Source: Somniosus microcephalus (Eukaryota). Taken from it: a stretch of 64,000 bases of DNA. The notes below the pieces were generated by a model, which saw nothing but the letters and a program-made list of their open reading frames with translations, had not been told where the DNA came from and searched no databases. The translations under genes and the position numbers were made by a program. The DNA is taken from contig CM126207.1 in assembly GCA_052327205.1 (NCBI GenBank), forward strand, positions 51,770,001-51,834,000, written 5' to 3'. Shown here piece by piece: positions 1 through 13,493 of this stretch (position 1 is the stretch's first letter; every line of letters starts with the position of its first letter).

Positions 1-968
1 GGTATGTTGGCCTTCATAGCGAGAGGGTTTCAGTACAGGAACACAGATGTCTTGCTGCAGTTGTACAGGGCCTTGGTGAGACCTCATCTTGAGTATTGTG
101 TGCAGTTTTGGTCGCCTTATCTGAGGAAGGATGTTCTTGCCATGGAAGGAGTTCAGCGAAGATTCACCAGGCTGATACCTGGGATGGCAGGAATGACGTA
201 TGAGGAGAGATTGGGTCGATTGGGCTTGTACTCGCTGGAGTTTAGAAGAATGAGAGGGGATCTCATTGAAATTTATAAAATTCTGACAGGACTGGACAGA
301 CTAGATGCAGGAAGGATGTTCCCGATGGTCGGGGAATCCAGAACCAGGGGTCACAGTCGAAGGGTAAGGGGTACGCCATTTACGACAGAAATGAGGAGGA
401 ATTTCTTCACCCAGAGAGTGGTGAACCTGTGGAATTCTCTACCACAGAAGGCAGTTAAGGCCAATTCATTAAATATATTCAAGAAGGAGTTGGATATATT
501 TCTTAAGGCTAAAGGAATCAAGGGGCATGGGGAGAAAGCAGGGACCGGGTACAGGAAACTTTGTGCTATCTGGCACCGCCGGGACCGAGCTGTTGCCGTT
601 CCCTCAAAACTGCCGGACACACCAGCGCTGATGTTGAAACATACGGAGATTTTCAGCTCCGTGTGAATCAACAAACCCTGTTGCTTAGCAACAGCTTCTA
701 AACAGTCGGCAAGTGTCTCTAGCTGAAGCTGTTGCTTAGCTACAGACCTTGCAGAGCTTGACTGTTGAGAAAAAAGCAACGAAAAGGAAAAAAACCTAAA
801 CGGCTCCTGATTTTTGCCGGTGGCTCGAGCTTGCCGGACATTTAGCCTCCGGATAACACAAAGTTCCCTGTACTGAACTTGGATGATCAGCCATGATCGC
901 ATTGCATGGCGGAGCAGGCTCAAGGGGCCGAATGGCCTACTTCTGTTCCTATCTTCTATGTTTCTATG
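1..968 (+). mobile_element. CR1 LINE 3' end (ORF2 C-terminus plus 3' tail), interrupted by a MITE at 552-870
   Basis: ORF 4..666 has CR1 ORF2 C-terminal motifs (LVRPHLEYCVQFWSP, LGLYSLEFRRMRGDLIE, FFTQRVVNLWNSLP). The tail resumes at 873 (gatcagccatgatc...aatggcctact...ttctatgtttctatg). Confidence 0.92.
552..870. mobile_element. Non-autonomous Tc1/mariner-type MITE (copy 1)
   Basis: About 22-bp TIRs (CAGGAAACTTTGTGCTATCTGG ... CCGGATAACACAAAGTTCCCTG) flanked by TA at 550-551 and 871-872. Removing it restores the CR1 tail gggTActga. Confidence 0.88.
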
Positions 969-3900
969 GCCTAGCAAGCCACTCTGTTGTATCAAACTGC
1001 TACAAAAAACAAGAATAAAATTAGGTGGACTACCCAGCACCGATCTAGGCATTGGATTCCGACAAGACAAAGGCACACCTAGCCCAGTCGACTTTGCAAA
1101 GTCCTCCTCACTAATATCTGGGGACTTGTACCAAAATTTGGAGAGCTGTCCCACAGACTAGTCAAGCAACAACCTGACAGTCATTCTCACAGAATCATAC
1201 CTTTCAGCCAACGTCCCAGACTCTCATCACCATCCCTGAGTATGTCCTGTTCCACCGGCAGGACAGACCCACTAAAGGTGGCAGCACAGTGGTATACAGT
1301 CAGGAGAGAGTGGCCCTGGGGATCCTCAGTGTTGACTCTGGACCCCATGAAGTCTCATGGCATCAGGTCAAACAATGCCAAAGAAACCTGCTAATTACCA
1401 CCTACCGCCCTCCCTCAGTTGATCAATCAGTACTCCTCCATGTTGTACACCACTTGGAAGAAACAATGAGGGCAGGAAGAAACAATGAGGGCAGCAAGGG
1501 CACAGAATGTACTCTGGGTGGGGGAATTCAATGTCCATCACCAAGAGTGGCTCGGTAGCACCACTACTGACTGAGCTGGCCGAGTCCTGAAGGACATAGC
1601 TGCCAGACTGGGCTTGCGGTAGGTGGTGAGAGAACCAACATGAGAGGAAAAACCTACTTGACCTCTTCCTCACCAATCTGCCTGTCACAGATGCAATCTA
1701 CCTGTCGCAGATGCATCTGTCCATGACAGTATTTGTTGTAGTGACCACCGCACAGTCCTTGTGGAGACAAAGTCTCATCTTTACACTGAGGGCACCCTCA
1801 TCGTCTTGTGTGACACTACCACCGTTCTAAATGGAATAGATTCAGAACAGATATAACAGCTCCAAACAGCAGTAGCAGAATTGTATTCCACCACAATCTG
1901 TAACCTCATGGCCCAGCATATCCCTCACTCTATCGTTGCAATAAAGTCAGGGGACCACCCTTAGTTCAATGATGAGTGTAGAAGAGCATGCTAGGAGCAG
2001 CACCAGGCGTACCTAAAAATAAGGTGCCAACCTAGTGAAGCTACAATGCAGGACTGCATTCATACTAAACAGCAGAAGCAGCATGCTGTAGACATGCCTA
2101 AGTGATCCCACAACCAATGGATCAGATCAAAGCTCTGCAGTTGTGAATGGACTAAGGGAGTGCTGTAACCATTCTATGAATGGTGGTGGACAATTAACAA
2201 CAACTACTTGTATTTATATAGCGCCTTTTAATGTTGTAAAACGTGCCACAGCGCTGCACAGGAGTATTAGAAAACACAAAATTTGACACTGAGCCACAAG
2301 GATAAATTAGGGCAGGTGACCAAAAGCTTGGTCAAAGAGGTAGATTTTAAGGAGCGTCTTAAAGGCGGAAAGAGAGGTAGCGAGGCGTAGAGGTTTAGGC
2401 AGGGCATTCCAGAGCTTGGGGCCTAGGCAACACAAGGCACGGCCACCAATGGTTGAGCGATTATAATCGGGGATGCTCGAGGGCAGAATTAGAGGAGCGC
2501 AGATATTGCGGGGGGTGGGGCTGAAGGAGATTACAGAGATGGGGAGGGGTGAGGCCATAGAGGGATTTGAAAACAAGGATGAGAATTTTGAAATTGTGGC
2601 GTTGCTTAACGGTCAGCGAGCACAGGGGTGATGGGCGAATGGGACCTAGCTGCCCGTGTCCTAACTCGCACCAAGTTTTGGATGACCTCAAGTTTACGTA
2701 GGGTAGAATGTGGGAGGCCAGCCAGGAGTGCGTTGGAATAGTCAAGCCTAGAGGTAACAAAGGCATGGATGGGGGTTTCGGCAGCGGATGAGCTGAGGCA
2801 AGGGCGGAGACGGGCAATGTTACGGAGGTGGAAATTAAACAACTGGCAGGAGGAGGCGGCTCCATGAACATCCCCATCCTCAATGACGACAGAGTGCAAA
2901 AGACAAGGCTGAAGCGCTTGCAACCAACTTCAGCCAGAAATGATGAGTGGTTGATCCATTTTGGCCTACTCCTCAGGTCCCCACCATCACAGAAGCCAGT
3001 CTTCACCCAATTCGATTCATGCCATATGATATCAAGAAATGGCTGAGCGCGCTGGATATAGCGAAGGCTATGGGCCCTGACAACATCCCGGCTGCACTGC
3101 TCAAGACTTGTGCTCCAGAACTAGCTGCACCGCAGGCTAAGCTATTTCAGTACAGCCACAACCCTGGCAGCTACCTGCGAAAGCAGAAAATTGCTCAAGT
3201 ATGTTCTGTCCACAAAAAGCAGAACAAATCCAATCCAGCAAATTACCGCCCCATCAGCCTACTCTCTCAGCAAAGTGATGAAAGAGGTTGTTGACGGTGC
3301 TTTCAAGCAGCACTTGCAAATAACCTGCTCAGCGATACTCAGTTTGGATTCTGCCAGCAGCACTCCATTCCAGACCTCATTACAGCCTTGGTCCACGTGG
3401 ACAAAAGAGCTGAATTCCAGAGGTGAGGTGAGAGTGACTGCCCTTGACATCAAGGCAGCATTTAACTGAGTGTGGCATCAAGGAGCCTTAGTAAAAAGTC
3501 ACACCTAGCACGAAGGAAGGTGGTTGTGGTTGTTGGAGGCCAATCATCTCAGCCCCAGGAGTGTGTCTCAGGGCAGTGTCCTGGGCCAAACCATCTTCAG
3601 TTACTTCATCAATGACCTTCACTCCATCACAAGGTCAGAAGTGGGGATATTCGCTGAACTGCTTGGATAATGAAGCAGCCAGTGCCTGCATGCAGCAAGA
3701 CCTGAACAACATTCAGGCTTGGACTGATAAGTGGTAAGTAACATTCGTGCCACATAAGTGCCAGGCAATGACTATCTCCAACAAGAGAGAGTCTAACTGC
3801 CTCCCCTTGACCTTCAACTGGATTACATTAGTCGAATCCCCCACTATCAACATCCTAGAGGTTACCATTGACCAGAAACTTAACTGGGCCAGCCACGTAA

Positions 3901-4490
3901 AAATACTGTGGCTGCAAGAGCAGGAGTATTTGTAAACTGGCGAGCGACTCCCCAAAGCCTATCTACTATCGACAAGGCACAAGTCAGGAGTGTGATGGAA
4001 TTCTCTCCACTTGCCTGGATGAGTGCTGCTCCAACAACACTCAAGAAGCTCAACACCATTCAGGACACAGCAGCCTGCTTGATCGACACCCCATCCACCT
4101 TATACATTCACTCCCTCCACCGGTGCACCGTGGGTGCAGTGTGTACTATCTACAAGATGCACTGCAGCAACTCGCCAAGGCTTCTTTGACTCCCAAACCT
4201 GCGACCTCTACCGCCTAGAAGGACAAGGGCAGCAGGCGCATGGAAGCACCACTACCTCCCAAGTTCTCCTCCAAGTCACACGCCATCCTGACTTGGAAAT
4301 ATATTGCCGTTCCTTCATTATTGCTGAGTCAAAATCCTTGAACTCCCTCCCTAGCAACACTGGGAGTACCTTCGCCACATGGACTGCAGCAGTTCAAGAA
4401 GGCGGCTCATCACCACCACCTTTTTGAGGGCAATGAGGGATGGGCAATAAATGCTGGCCTTGCCAGCGACGCCCACATCCTGTGAATTAA
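969..4490 (+). mobile_element. Degenerate near-full-length CR1-clade LINE (APE endonuclease + RT), family copy 1
   Basis: Fragmented ORFs with APE motifs (ITTYRPPS) and RT motifs (AMGPDNIPAALLKTCAPELA, NPANYRPISLLS, ALDIKAAF). The 3' tail reads gggcaataaatgctggccttgccagcgacgcccacatcc. Confidence 0.88.
2198..2832 (-). mobile_element. L2-clade LINE 3' fragment nested in the CR1-clade element
   Basis: Minus-strand ORFs carry IHAFVTSRLDYSNALLAGLP and GPKLWNALP, typical of the L2 C-terminus. The (CAA)n tail is at 2198, and aattaa flanks both sides (2192-2197, 2833-2838). Confidence 0.85.
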
Positions 4491-4689
4491 TAAGGCGACC
4501 CCCCCCCCCCAAAAGTTATCCAGGCAACTTATCCATAGTGTGATAATTTATTGAATGAGAAGGGAATAAAAATCTATGGTTTAGAAAACCTTGAAAAAAT
4601 GGCTTACCCCTGAGTTGCTTGCACTCTGTACCACTATCAAGTTTGAACCAGCAGCTTTAATTTATTTGGACCTCCTTGTGTTTTCTTCC

Positions 4690-5050
4690 CTTTCCCCTCC
4701 CCTCTTGAAGAGTGCTGACTCATGGGAATCAGCAGCCCTGTGGTAGTGTCCGTATAGTCATTCTTTATCAATGACTGTGACTATCGGCAGGCTTTGCAAA
4801 TGTTTGGGAGAGATATGAGGCTTCGCAGTCAGTCCTGATCCTGACCTCATCAGCTTGGGTCCGTAGCAAGAATTGTCATAGGTTTTTCTGCCGAGCCCAG
4901 GAATTCCTACTCTAACACCACAACTTGTTCCTGCGACAGCCGAGATTAATTAACTCACCAGGGATAACACCTGAGAACTTTCTGGTTTGTATGGTGCAGG
5001 GACTACACCGTATAATACAATTACCCGTGTAACCATCACAGGAGTAGCCA
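4690..5050 (-). mobile_element. Decayed LF-SINE-like element
   Basis: Weak by-eye similarity to the copies at 22030-22320 and 37830-38240; boundaries approximate. Confidence 0.35.
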
Positions 5051-5428
5051 CCTTTGTTTTGTTATAAAATCATGGTCTAAGTACGAAGGTATTTTGCATA
5101 ACATTTCTCTTTAGATTCTGAGCCTCAGACTTGTGTTATGAAATTATCTTGCCTTTTACAAAGTACATTTACATTTTTTTCTCTGTTACAATGATCAATT
5201 TTTGCTCACTTTGCACCTCTGCATTCTTACTTTTCATCCGATTACTACCCTGCCTTCAAGTTCCTTCTAATGGATATAATACGTATGTTTAAAATTATGT
5301 GCAATTTATGCAGTTCTCAACTAGTATTTTGTTGTCCATCCAACATGCCCATGTTCTGTAACCTTTTATTTGTGAAATAGTCAATAATGGGATTTCTTTC
5401 TTCCTTTTTTCTTAAATGCTGATCTTAG

Positions 5429-5440
5429 GCTGCCCTTCAG
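5429..5440 (+). CDS. ACAP2: ACAP2 12-nt microexon (AALQ), phase 0-0, BAR-PH linker
   Basis: Polypyrimidine tract, TGC at 5417-5419, then ttag|GCTGCCCTTCAG|gtaagt. It joins in frame to the DFSS exon at 16585. The paralog ACAP3 has TLLQ before DFS (recalled). Confidence 0.8.
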
Positions 5441-7823
5441 GTAAGTTAACGTACATTTATGTATTATACTAATGTGGTAGATCATCTAAGGACAACTGAA
5501 GTAGGAATACTATTAGTCCTACAAAGATGTTTCAGTATCTTTAGGTGTTTCATACACTCTTTCTAGTCTCTTCCCTTAGCCTGATCTAATCCATCTGGCC
5601 ATTTGTAATCACTACTTTGTCTTCTATTCAGACTTGCTGTCCTGCATTATGAGCCATTGGTCTTGGACTCTAATTTCTCAATAACCAAGTATAAAAATAT
5701 TTTCCTTTTGACAGCAACTATTTATGTTTGCAACTAGCAATCTGCAGAAGTTGGACAGTTTTGAAAGAAACTACCCCAAATTGTTGGTTTAGTTTGAATC
5801 TCATCTGGAGGGGCCACAATGACTGGTGTGAGAAATTGAAAAATGGCACACTGGGCTGAATAGAGAGGGTGCTTTACTCTGCATCTATGCATGATATACC
5901 TAACCTGGGACTATTTGCTGCTAATTTGGGAAAGTATTCCATTCCTCATCACTAAAATTCCTTATCTCGATGAGCACAAAATTACACAAGGAAATGTTTT
6001 AAATACGTATTTATACTAAAGAAAGTCTTTGTTTTTCCATTGACAAGCCAGAATTGTAATGTATTTGATGTCAAGTGGTTAAAATTGGCTAGGCTTGCTT
6101 AGAAGCATTAAGAAAGGAATGGGAAGTAAAATATTGTAAGTACTCAAATGTTTACTTTTTTTTACCTTTTTTGTAAAGTGTTCAATTCAGCATATCTTGG
6201 CAAGAAATAATGGCGAGAAACTGAAAATAGGAATTTATCTGGTTTTGAAAATTTTATTCAAATTAATGTCGAGGCCAGTACAGGATTTAAAAAGGTGCAG
6301 TGTTGCATCATGATGTTGAGTTAAAGTTGGAGTATTAGATCTAAGTAATGTCAGAACATTTTTGCAAGTGATCAGGTTTGCTACTATATATTATTGAAGT
6401 GTTCCTGGCAATACAGACGTAACACGAGAGATTGATGAGACCATTTTAATTAAATTTATCTGAATGCTTTAATATTTCATGTGATTGCATTGCATCTAGC
6501 AGAAGGCAAATTACATAATTTAGTTAACCTAAACATTCTAACTTACACTTGTGCTTTTCTTTTTGCGACATTTTAATAGCAAATGAGAAACCTCTTAATA
6601 TTTTAATAGCAAATGAAAAAGCTTTACAATGCATGGGTTCATTTACAACTCACTGGGTGCACTGTCACATCAGCGGGCTGGCATCAGCTGACTTTCATTG
6701 TGAAAGAGTCGAAGCTGATAGAACACGATCTCGATTCTCCTATATTAGGACAAGCATCATGGACATCTTGTTTGTTTGATAAATAACTAGATATTTGTGC
6801 AGTGTGAATGAAAGGAAAAGTAATGCCTGGATTTCAAAGGAAGTGACTGGTTTTAAAGAATATGGTGCTAGTCAATATGAAGTACTTATTCTGAGCTTCT
6901 AGACTGCCAGTTTGTATTGGCAGTGGTAACTCTGGTGAAAGAAAAATTGCTGTGTTTCACTGGAATATTTGTCATTTGTAAGGGACAATTACAATGAGAT
7001 TCTTCAGATTCCGTTACGTATTATATATGGTAAGTTTTTTTGTGAAATATGTGTTTTTATATAAAGGGTATTTTAAGCTAATGTTTCAAGTGGTCTGAGT
7101 TATGTTCTGTAAATCTACAGATAATTTCAGTTACTGCTTTCAGTAGCTTATTTGGGTTTGCTTTAGTGAATGCAGCTCCTCCATATAATGGTGGTATTTT
7201 GCAGCTATTAAATTTGATTCTCCATCTACTAATAGATGCACTATAACCTTTTTAGCTTATGAATTTTATTCCCCAAAGACTACAATATATTTTTTGGTAT
7301 CTTAAATAGAATATTTATCCAAGGCCTTGGGAACTGCTGTCTAACTAGCTGTTGTGTAGAAGTGTCACCAGGTGCTTAATAGTTTTCTCCGCAGAATGGA
7401 AGAGATGACATGACTGTTCTAAAGTTGCATGTGATATAATCGGGTTCAATTTACATTAATAGACAGTGAGCCCTTCTGCAATGTCAATTGAGTAATGAGC
7501 AACATAATGCTACAATAATGCATAAAATGAATTCACATTAAGTTTAAAAAATGAATTGTGTTCTTCTCAAATGTATTATGCTACAGAAGGTTTGCTACTG
7601 CTTATTAACACCTATTTAGTTTAATTAATTGGTTTATTGTATTTAGGAATGTTATGCTTAAGTTATTTAATATAGTGTTTATTACTCAATTTAGTAAGTA
7701 CCTTCTCTTCAGTCAGTTTTTATCACTGAAAGGGAAATTCACCAATTTTGTGTTTTTTTGCCAAGTGCATTTTCAGCCCTGGGTTATTGTAGGTCATTTT
7801 ACATGGCCATAATACCAAATCTT

Positions 7824-7922
7824 TTAAAATAAAAATAGAAAATGCTAGAAACCCTCAACAGGTCAAGCAGCATCCTTGGAGAGAGAAACGGAGTTAATAT
7901 TTCCTGTCGATAACCTTTCATG
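7824..7922. mobile_element. Penelope-type terminal-repeat fragment
   Basis: Same repeat as 18505-18680, 24097-24199 and 59709-60056. A 12-bp direct repeat ataccaaatctt flanks it (7812-7823, 7923-7934). Confidence 0.6.
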
Positions 7923-8689
7923 ATACCAAATCTTGATCTATCATTTGAGACTACAGAAATTTAACACTCTGTATGCTCTGACACCAGATACAGTCTAATC
8001 TGTAAAGTTCTACCCAGAAATCCGTAAGAGGCTGTAGTTCACCCTGCCTGAATTCTTAATCTCCTGGATCTGACAGAGTTGGAAATAACGCATAGCAGAT
8101 GCAATTGTAAATCTGCTTTTACACTCCAGTTTTTCCCAATTTTTTTTCCAGCAAAAGGAGACCAGTTAGTTCAAGGGATGTAAAATGATTACCCCAACCT
8201 TGCGCGTGAAGTCCATTCTTTCTTGACCTTGCCTGCTTTCTGGAGGAAATACTACATTATTTAGAACAGAGTATGCTAGCACTTTAGGCAGTGGGCGTTG
8301 GGCCAATGGTATGACTAACATCCCTAAAAGTTTTTAATGATTGATGAAATGCATTATGTTTTATGTTTTGAGTACCAAAGGATCTTGTGAAATAGTAAAA
8401 AATTCATGGTTAGGATTAAATGTGACTATAATATGCCTTTTGACTCTCTGATCCATATGCAAATGCCAAAAACTAGTAACAGTTTTAATTTTGGCTATTT
8501 TTTCCCGACAATATGGATTAATTGATGTTCCATGTGAGAGCAGGTTTATTTTACAGTAGTAACTGAATATTACAATATTCCTGGCTGAAAGTATTTTCCC
8601 CCCTCAATATTAAATTCCTATTTGACATTTTTAAGGACTATTTTTATGTGGAGATGAACTGTCAGTCCTTATTATATTTGACTCATTCA

Positions 8690-9850
8690 TGCATCCCACT
8701 ACCCGCACCCTCGATCTTGCGTCCCAGCTCCTAACACACCAACTTCTTCTCAGCCTCACGCTTGCTGGCATCAACAATCTGACTCATTCCTTTGTCAATA
8801 TATACATTGCCCACCTCCTTCAACCCATCCACACAAAAAACAACTGTCTTTCTGTTCTCTATCTCCAACTTGAGTGTTGGATTGCATTTCTGCTTCACAA
8901 CTTATCTCCCACTGCTCCTTGCTCAAGACCCTACAATTGGCTTCTGTGACACTGTGACTGCACTAAGGTTACAAAGGGCATCCTGCATGAATCTGACTGT
9001 AGCTTGTTGCACCTCTTCATCTTTCTCAACCTCCCCGCTGCCATTGAGACTGTTTATCACTCTCTAACCTCTTTCAAAGTGTACTGTAGCTCCCTCCATT
9101 GTCTCCTCTGCAGTTCACCTCCATGGCACTGCTCTCTCCTGAATATGGTCATACCTTTTTGGAATGAAGATATTGAGTCTCCTGCAGCAGTTTCTCCCCT
9201 TTCCTTGTCCTGCCATGGTTCCTGCCACGGTTCCTTCCAGGCCATTGTACATCATTTATATGCTACTCTTTTTGGCAATATGTGAAAGCGTGGGTCTGCT
9301 TCCACGTGTGACAATGACATCTAGCTTTACTTCTCAACCTTCTCCATCAATCCCATGGCTGTTAATACACTGCTCAACTACCTGTCTGAATTAAGATCTG
9401 GAGAAGCCAACGTTTTCTCCCAACTTATTCAGCAAAACTGAAGTCTTCCTCTATTTCCCACGAGCACCTAAACTCCTCAGCTACTCCCTCAGGCTCAGTC
9501 TGAAGATGCACAACACTTGCGTAATGCTTGATCTGAGCTCCGCTTCCCTTTCCTTCTGTACCATTACCAATGCTGCTTTATTCCATCTTTGCATCTTCAA
9601 CCACCTCCACCTTCGCTGCTGAAATGCTAATATTCATCATGTCACATTCGCTAATGCTCTTCTAATTGGGCAGCCACCCTCCATAACCTGCAACTTGTTC
9701 AGACTCCCATAATTTGCATCTTCAGCACAAAGCCCTGCAATGCCAACATCCCCTATCCATGCCAACCTCCTCTTGCTCTCAGTAATACAGCAAATTGACT
9801 GCAAGGTCCACACTTGAAATCTGCCCATGCTATTGTCCCACCCTACTTCC
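8690..9850 (+). mobile_element. Highly decayed L2-like RT fragment
   Basis: C/T-rich composition with remnants resembling ADDTQLY (gacaatgacatctagctttac) and KTE (caaaactgaagtc); boundaries approximate. Confidence 0.5.
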
Positions 9851-10254
9851 ACATTCTCTTCTAGCCACACGTACCCAAAAATACATGAATTGTGGTTTGA
9901 CACGACTGCATTTATATAGGTTATAAATCTCCAAAAACTATGAATTATTTTCATTTAAATTCATGGCAATGTGATGTCCAGCCTATAATCTTTCAAAAAG
10001 TGTTCGATTTAACTGTTGCTCTTACACCAAATGTGGTGAATTCTTGTGCCTGAAAGAACCCAGAAATAAGGATTCCTATGTTATATGTTGCCACACCGTA
10101 ATTCCATTCATGGATTTCATCGTGAGTCTGATTTAGGGTACACACCTAAAACTTCATAGCCCATCTTTTCACTTTACAGATGCTGATTGAACTGCTGTGT
10201 ATTTACAGCATTTATTTTTCAGATTTCCAGCATTTGCAGTTTTCATAGTTTTTT

Positions 10255-13200
10255 TTATGGGATGTGGGCATTACTGGCAAGGCCAGCATTTATTGTCCAT
10301 TCCTAGTTGCCCTTGAGGTGGTGGTGAGCCACTGCCTTGAACTGCTGCAGTCCGTGTGGTGAAGGTACTCCCACAGTGCTGTTAGGTAGGGAGTTCCAGG
10401 ATTTTGACCTAGCGACTACAGAGGAACGGTGATATACTTCTAAATTAGGATGGTATGTGACTTGGAGGGGAACTTCTAGGTGGTGGTGTTCCCATGCGCC
10501 TGCTGCTCTTGTCCTTCTAGGTGGTAGAGGTCGCGGGTTTGGGAGGTGCTGCCGAAGAAGCCTTGGCGAGTTGCTGCAGTGCATCTTGTAGTTGGTACAC
10601 ACTGCAGCCACGGTACGCCGGTGGTGTAGGGAGTGAATGTTTCAGGTGGTGGATGGGGTGCCAATCAAGCGAGCTGCTTTGTCCTGAATGGTGTTGAGCT
10701 TGTGTTGTTGGAGCAGCACTCATCCAGGCAAATGGAGAGTATTACATCACGTAGAAACATAGAAGATAGGAGCAGGAGTAGGTCATTCGGCCCCTCGAGC
10801 CTGCTCCGCCATTCAATCACACACTCCTGACTTGTGCCTTGTAGATGGTGGAAAGGCTTTGGGGAGTCAGGAAGTGAGACACTCGCCGCAGAATATCTAG
10901 CCTCTGACCTGCTCTTGTTGCCACAGTATTTATGTGGCTGGTCCGGTTAAGTTTCTGGTCAATGGTGACCCCCAGGATGTTGATGGTAGGGGATTCGGCA
11001 ATGGTAATGCCGTTGAATGTCAAGGGGCGTTGGTTAGACTTTCGCTTGTTAGAGATAGTCATTGCCTGGCACTTGTCTGGTACGAATGTTACCTACCACT
11101 TATCAGCCCAAGCCTGAACGTCATCCAGGTCTTGTTGCATGCGGGTATGGACTGCTTCATTACCTGAGGAGTTGTGAATGGCCCTGAACACTCTGCAATC
11201 ATCAGCGAACATCCCCATTTCTAACCTTCCCTCCAACATAAGGTCATTGATGAAGCAGCTGAAGATGGTTGGGCCTAGGACACTGCCGTGAGGAACTCCT
11301 GCAGCGATGTCCTGGGGCTGTGATGATTGACCTTCAACCACCACAACCATCTTCCTTTGTGCTAGGTATGACTCCAGCCAGTGGAGAGTGCCCCCCCCCC
11401 CCCCAGTCCCATTGACTTCAGTTTTACTAAGGCTCCTTGATGCCACACTCGGTCAAATGCTGCCTTGATGTCAAGGGCAGTCGCTCTCGCCTCACCTTTG
11501 GAATTCAGCTCCTTTGTCCATGTTTGGACCAAGGCTGTAATGAGGTCGGGGGCCGAGTGGTCTTGGCGGAACCCAAACTGGGTATCCGTGATCAGGTTAT
11601 TGGTGAGTAAGTGCTGCTTGATAGCACTGTCGAGGACACCTTCCATCACTTTACTGATGATTGAGAGTAGACTGATGGGGCGGTAATTGGCCTGATTGGA
11701 TTTGTCCTGCTTTTTGTGGACAGAACATACCTGGGCAGTGTTCCACATCGTCGGCTAGATGCCAGTGTTGTAACTGTACTGGAACAGCTTGGCTAGAGGC
11801 GCGACTAGTTCTGGAGTACAAGTCTTCAGCACGATGGCTGGGATGTTGTCGGGGCCCACAGCCTTTGCTGTATCCAGTACGCTCAGCTGTTTCTTGATAT
11901 CATGTGGAGTGAATCGAATTGGCTAAAGACTGGCTTCTATGATGGTGGGGACCACAGCAGGAGGCCAATATGGATCAACCACTTGGCACTTCTGGCTGAA
12001 GATGGTTGCAAATGCTTTAGCCTTGTCTTTTGCACTCACGTGCTGGGCTCCACCATCATTGAGGATGGGGATATTCATGGAGCCTCCTCCTCCCATTAGT
12101 TGTTTAATGCTCCACCACCATTCACGACTGGATGTGGCAGGACTGCAGAGCTTTGATCTGATCCGTTGATTGTGTGATCGCTTAGTTTTGTCTATAGCAT
12201 GCTGCTTCTGCTTTTTAGCATGCATGTAATCCTGTGTTGCAGCTTCCCCAGGTTGGCACCTCACTTTTAGGTATGCCTGGTGCTGCTGCTGGCATGTTCT
12301 TCTACACTCCTTATTGAACCAGGATTGGTCCCCTGGTTTGATGGTAATGGTAGAGTGAGGGCTATGCCAGGCCATGAGGTTACAGATTGTGGTGGAATAC
12401 AATTCTGCTGATGGCCCACAGCGCCTCATGGATGCCCAGTTTTGAGCTGCTAGATCTGTTTGGAGTCTATCCCATTTAGCATGGTGGTAGTGCCACACAA
12501 CACGATGGAGGGTGTCCTTGGTGTGAAGATGGGACTTCGTCTCCACAATGCCTGTGCGGTGGTCACTGCTACCAATACTGTCATGAACAGATGCATCTGC
12601 GACAGGTAGATTGGTGAGGACGAGGTCAAGTAGGCTTTTCCCTCATGTTGGTTCTTTCACCACCTGTTGCAGGCTCAGACTGGCAGCTATGTCCTTCAGG
12701 ACTCGGTCAGTAGTGGTGCTACCGAACCACTCTTGGTGATGGACATTGAAGTTCCCTACCCAGAGTACATTTTGTGCCCTTGCCACTCTCGGTGCTTCTT
12801 CCAAATGGTGTTCAACATGGAGGAGTACTGATTGATCAGCTGAGGGAGGGCAGTAGGTGGTAATCAGCAGGAGGTTTCCTTGCCCATGCTTGACCTGAAG
12901 CCATGAGACTTCATGGGGTCTGGAGTCAATGTTGAGGACTCCCAGGGTCACTCCTTCCCGACTGTATACCACTGTGCCGCCACCCCTGGTGGGTCTGTCC
13001 TGCTGGTGGGACAGGACCTACCCAGGGATGGTGATGGAGGAGTTTGGGACATTGGCTGAAAGTTATGATTCTGTGAGTATGACTATGTCAGGCTGTTGTT
13101 TAACTAGTCTGTGGGACAGCTCTCCCAATTTTGGCACAAGTCCCCAGATGTTGGTGAGGAGGACTTTGCAGGGTCGACTGGACTGGGTTTGCTGTGTCCA

Positions 13201-13345
13201 TAGCCGGTGCTGAGGTCGATGCTGGGTGGTCCGTCCGGTTTCATTCTTATTATTGTGTTTCGTATCTGTTTGTTGCAACTGAGTGGCTTGCTAGGCCATT
13301 TCAGAGGGCAGTTAAGAATCAACCACATTGCTGTGGGTCTGGAGT
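10255..13345 (-). mobile_element. Near-full-length CR1-clade LINE, family copy 2 (inverted relative to copy 1)
   Basis: Minus-strand ORFs: LLTNIWGLVPKLGELSHRLVKQQPDIVILTES (APE start), NYRPISLLSIISKVME, QFGFRQDHS, GVPHGSVLGPTIFSCFIND, MFADD. It has the same 3' tail as copy 1. Confidence 0.9.
10751..10815 (-). mobile_element. 65-bp 5'-truncated CR1 tail nested in LINE copy 2
   Basis: tagaaacatagaagataggagcaggagtaggtcattcggcccctcgagcctgctccgccattc is the reverse complement of the CR1 tail type at 873-968. It is flanked by atcac repeats. Confidence 0.8.
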
Positions 13346-13493
13346 TACATTTATTGTATGTTATTTTATTGTATGTTTGTGCACATCTCTCTCTCTCACA
13401 TCTTTGTCACACTCTAGCTCTCCACCTTTTTTGGACTCTGTCTTCCCCTGCTCATCTATCGCTTTAGCACAGTGTCTTAGATTTAAATATATT

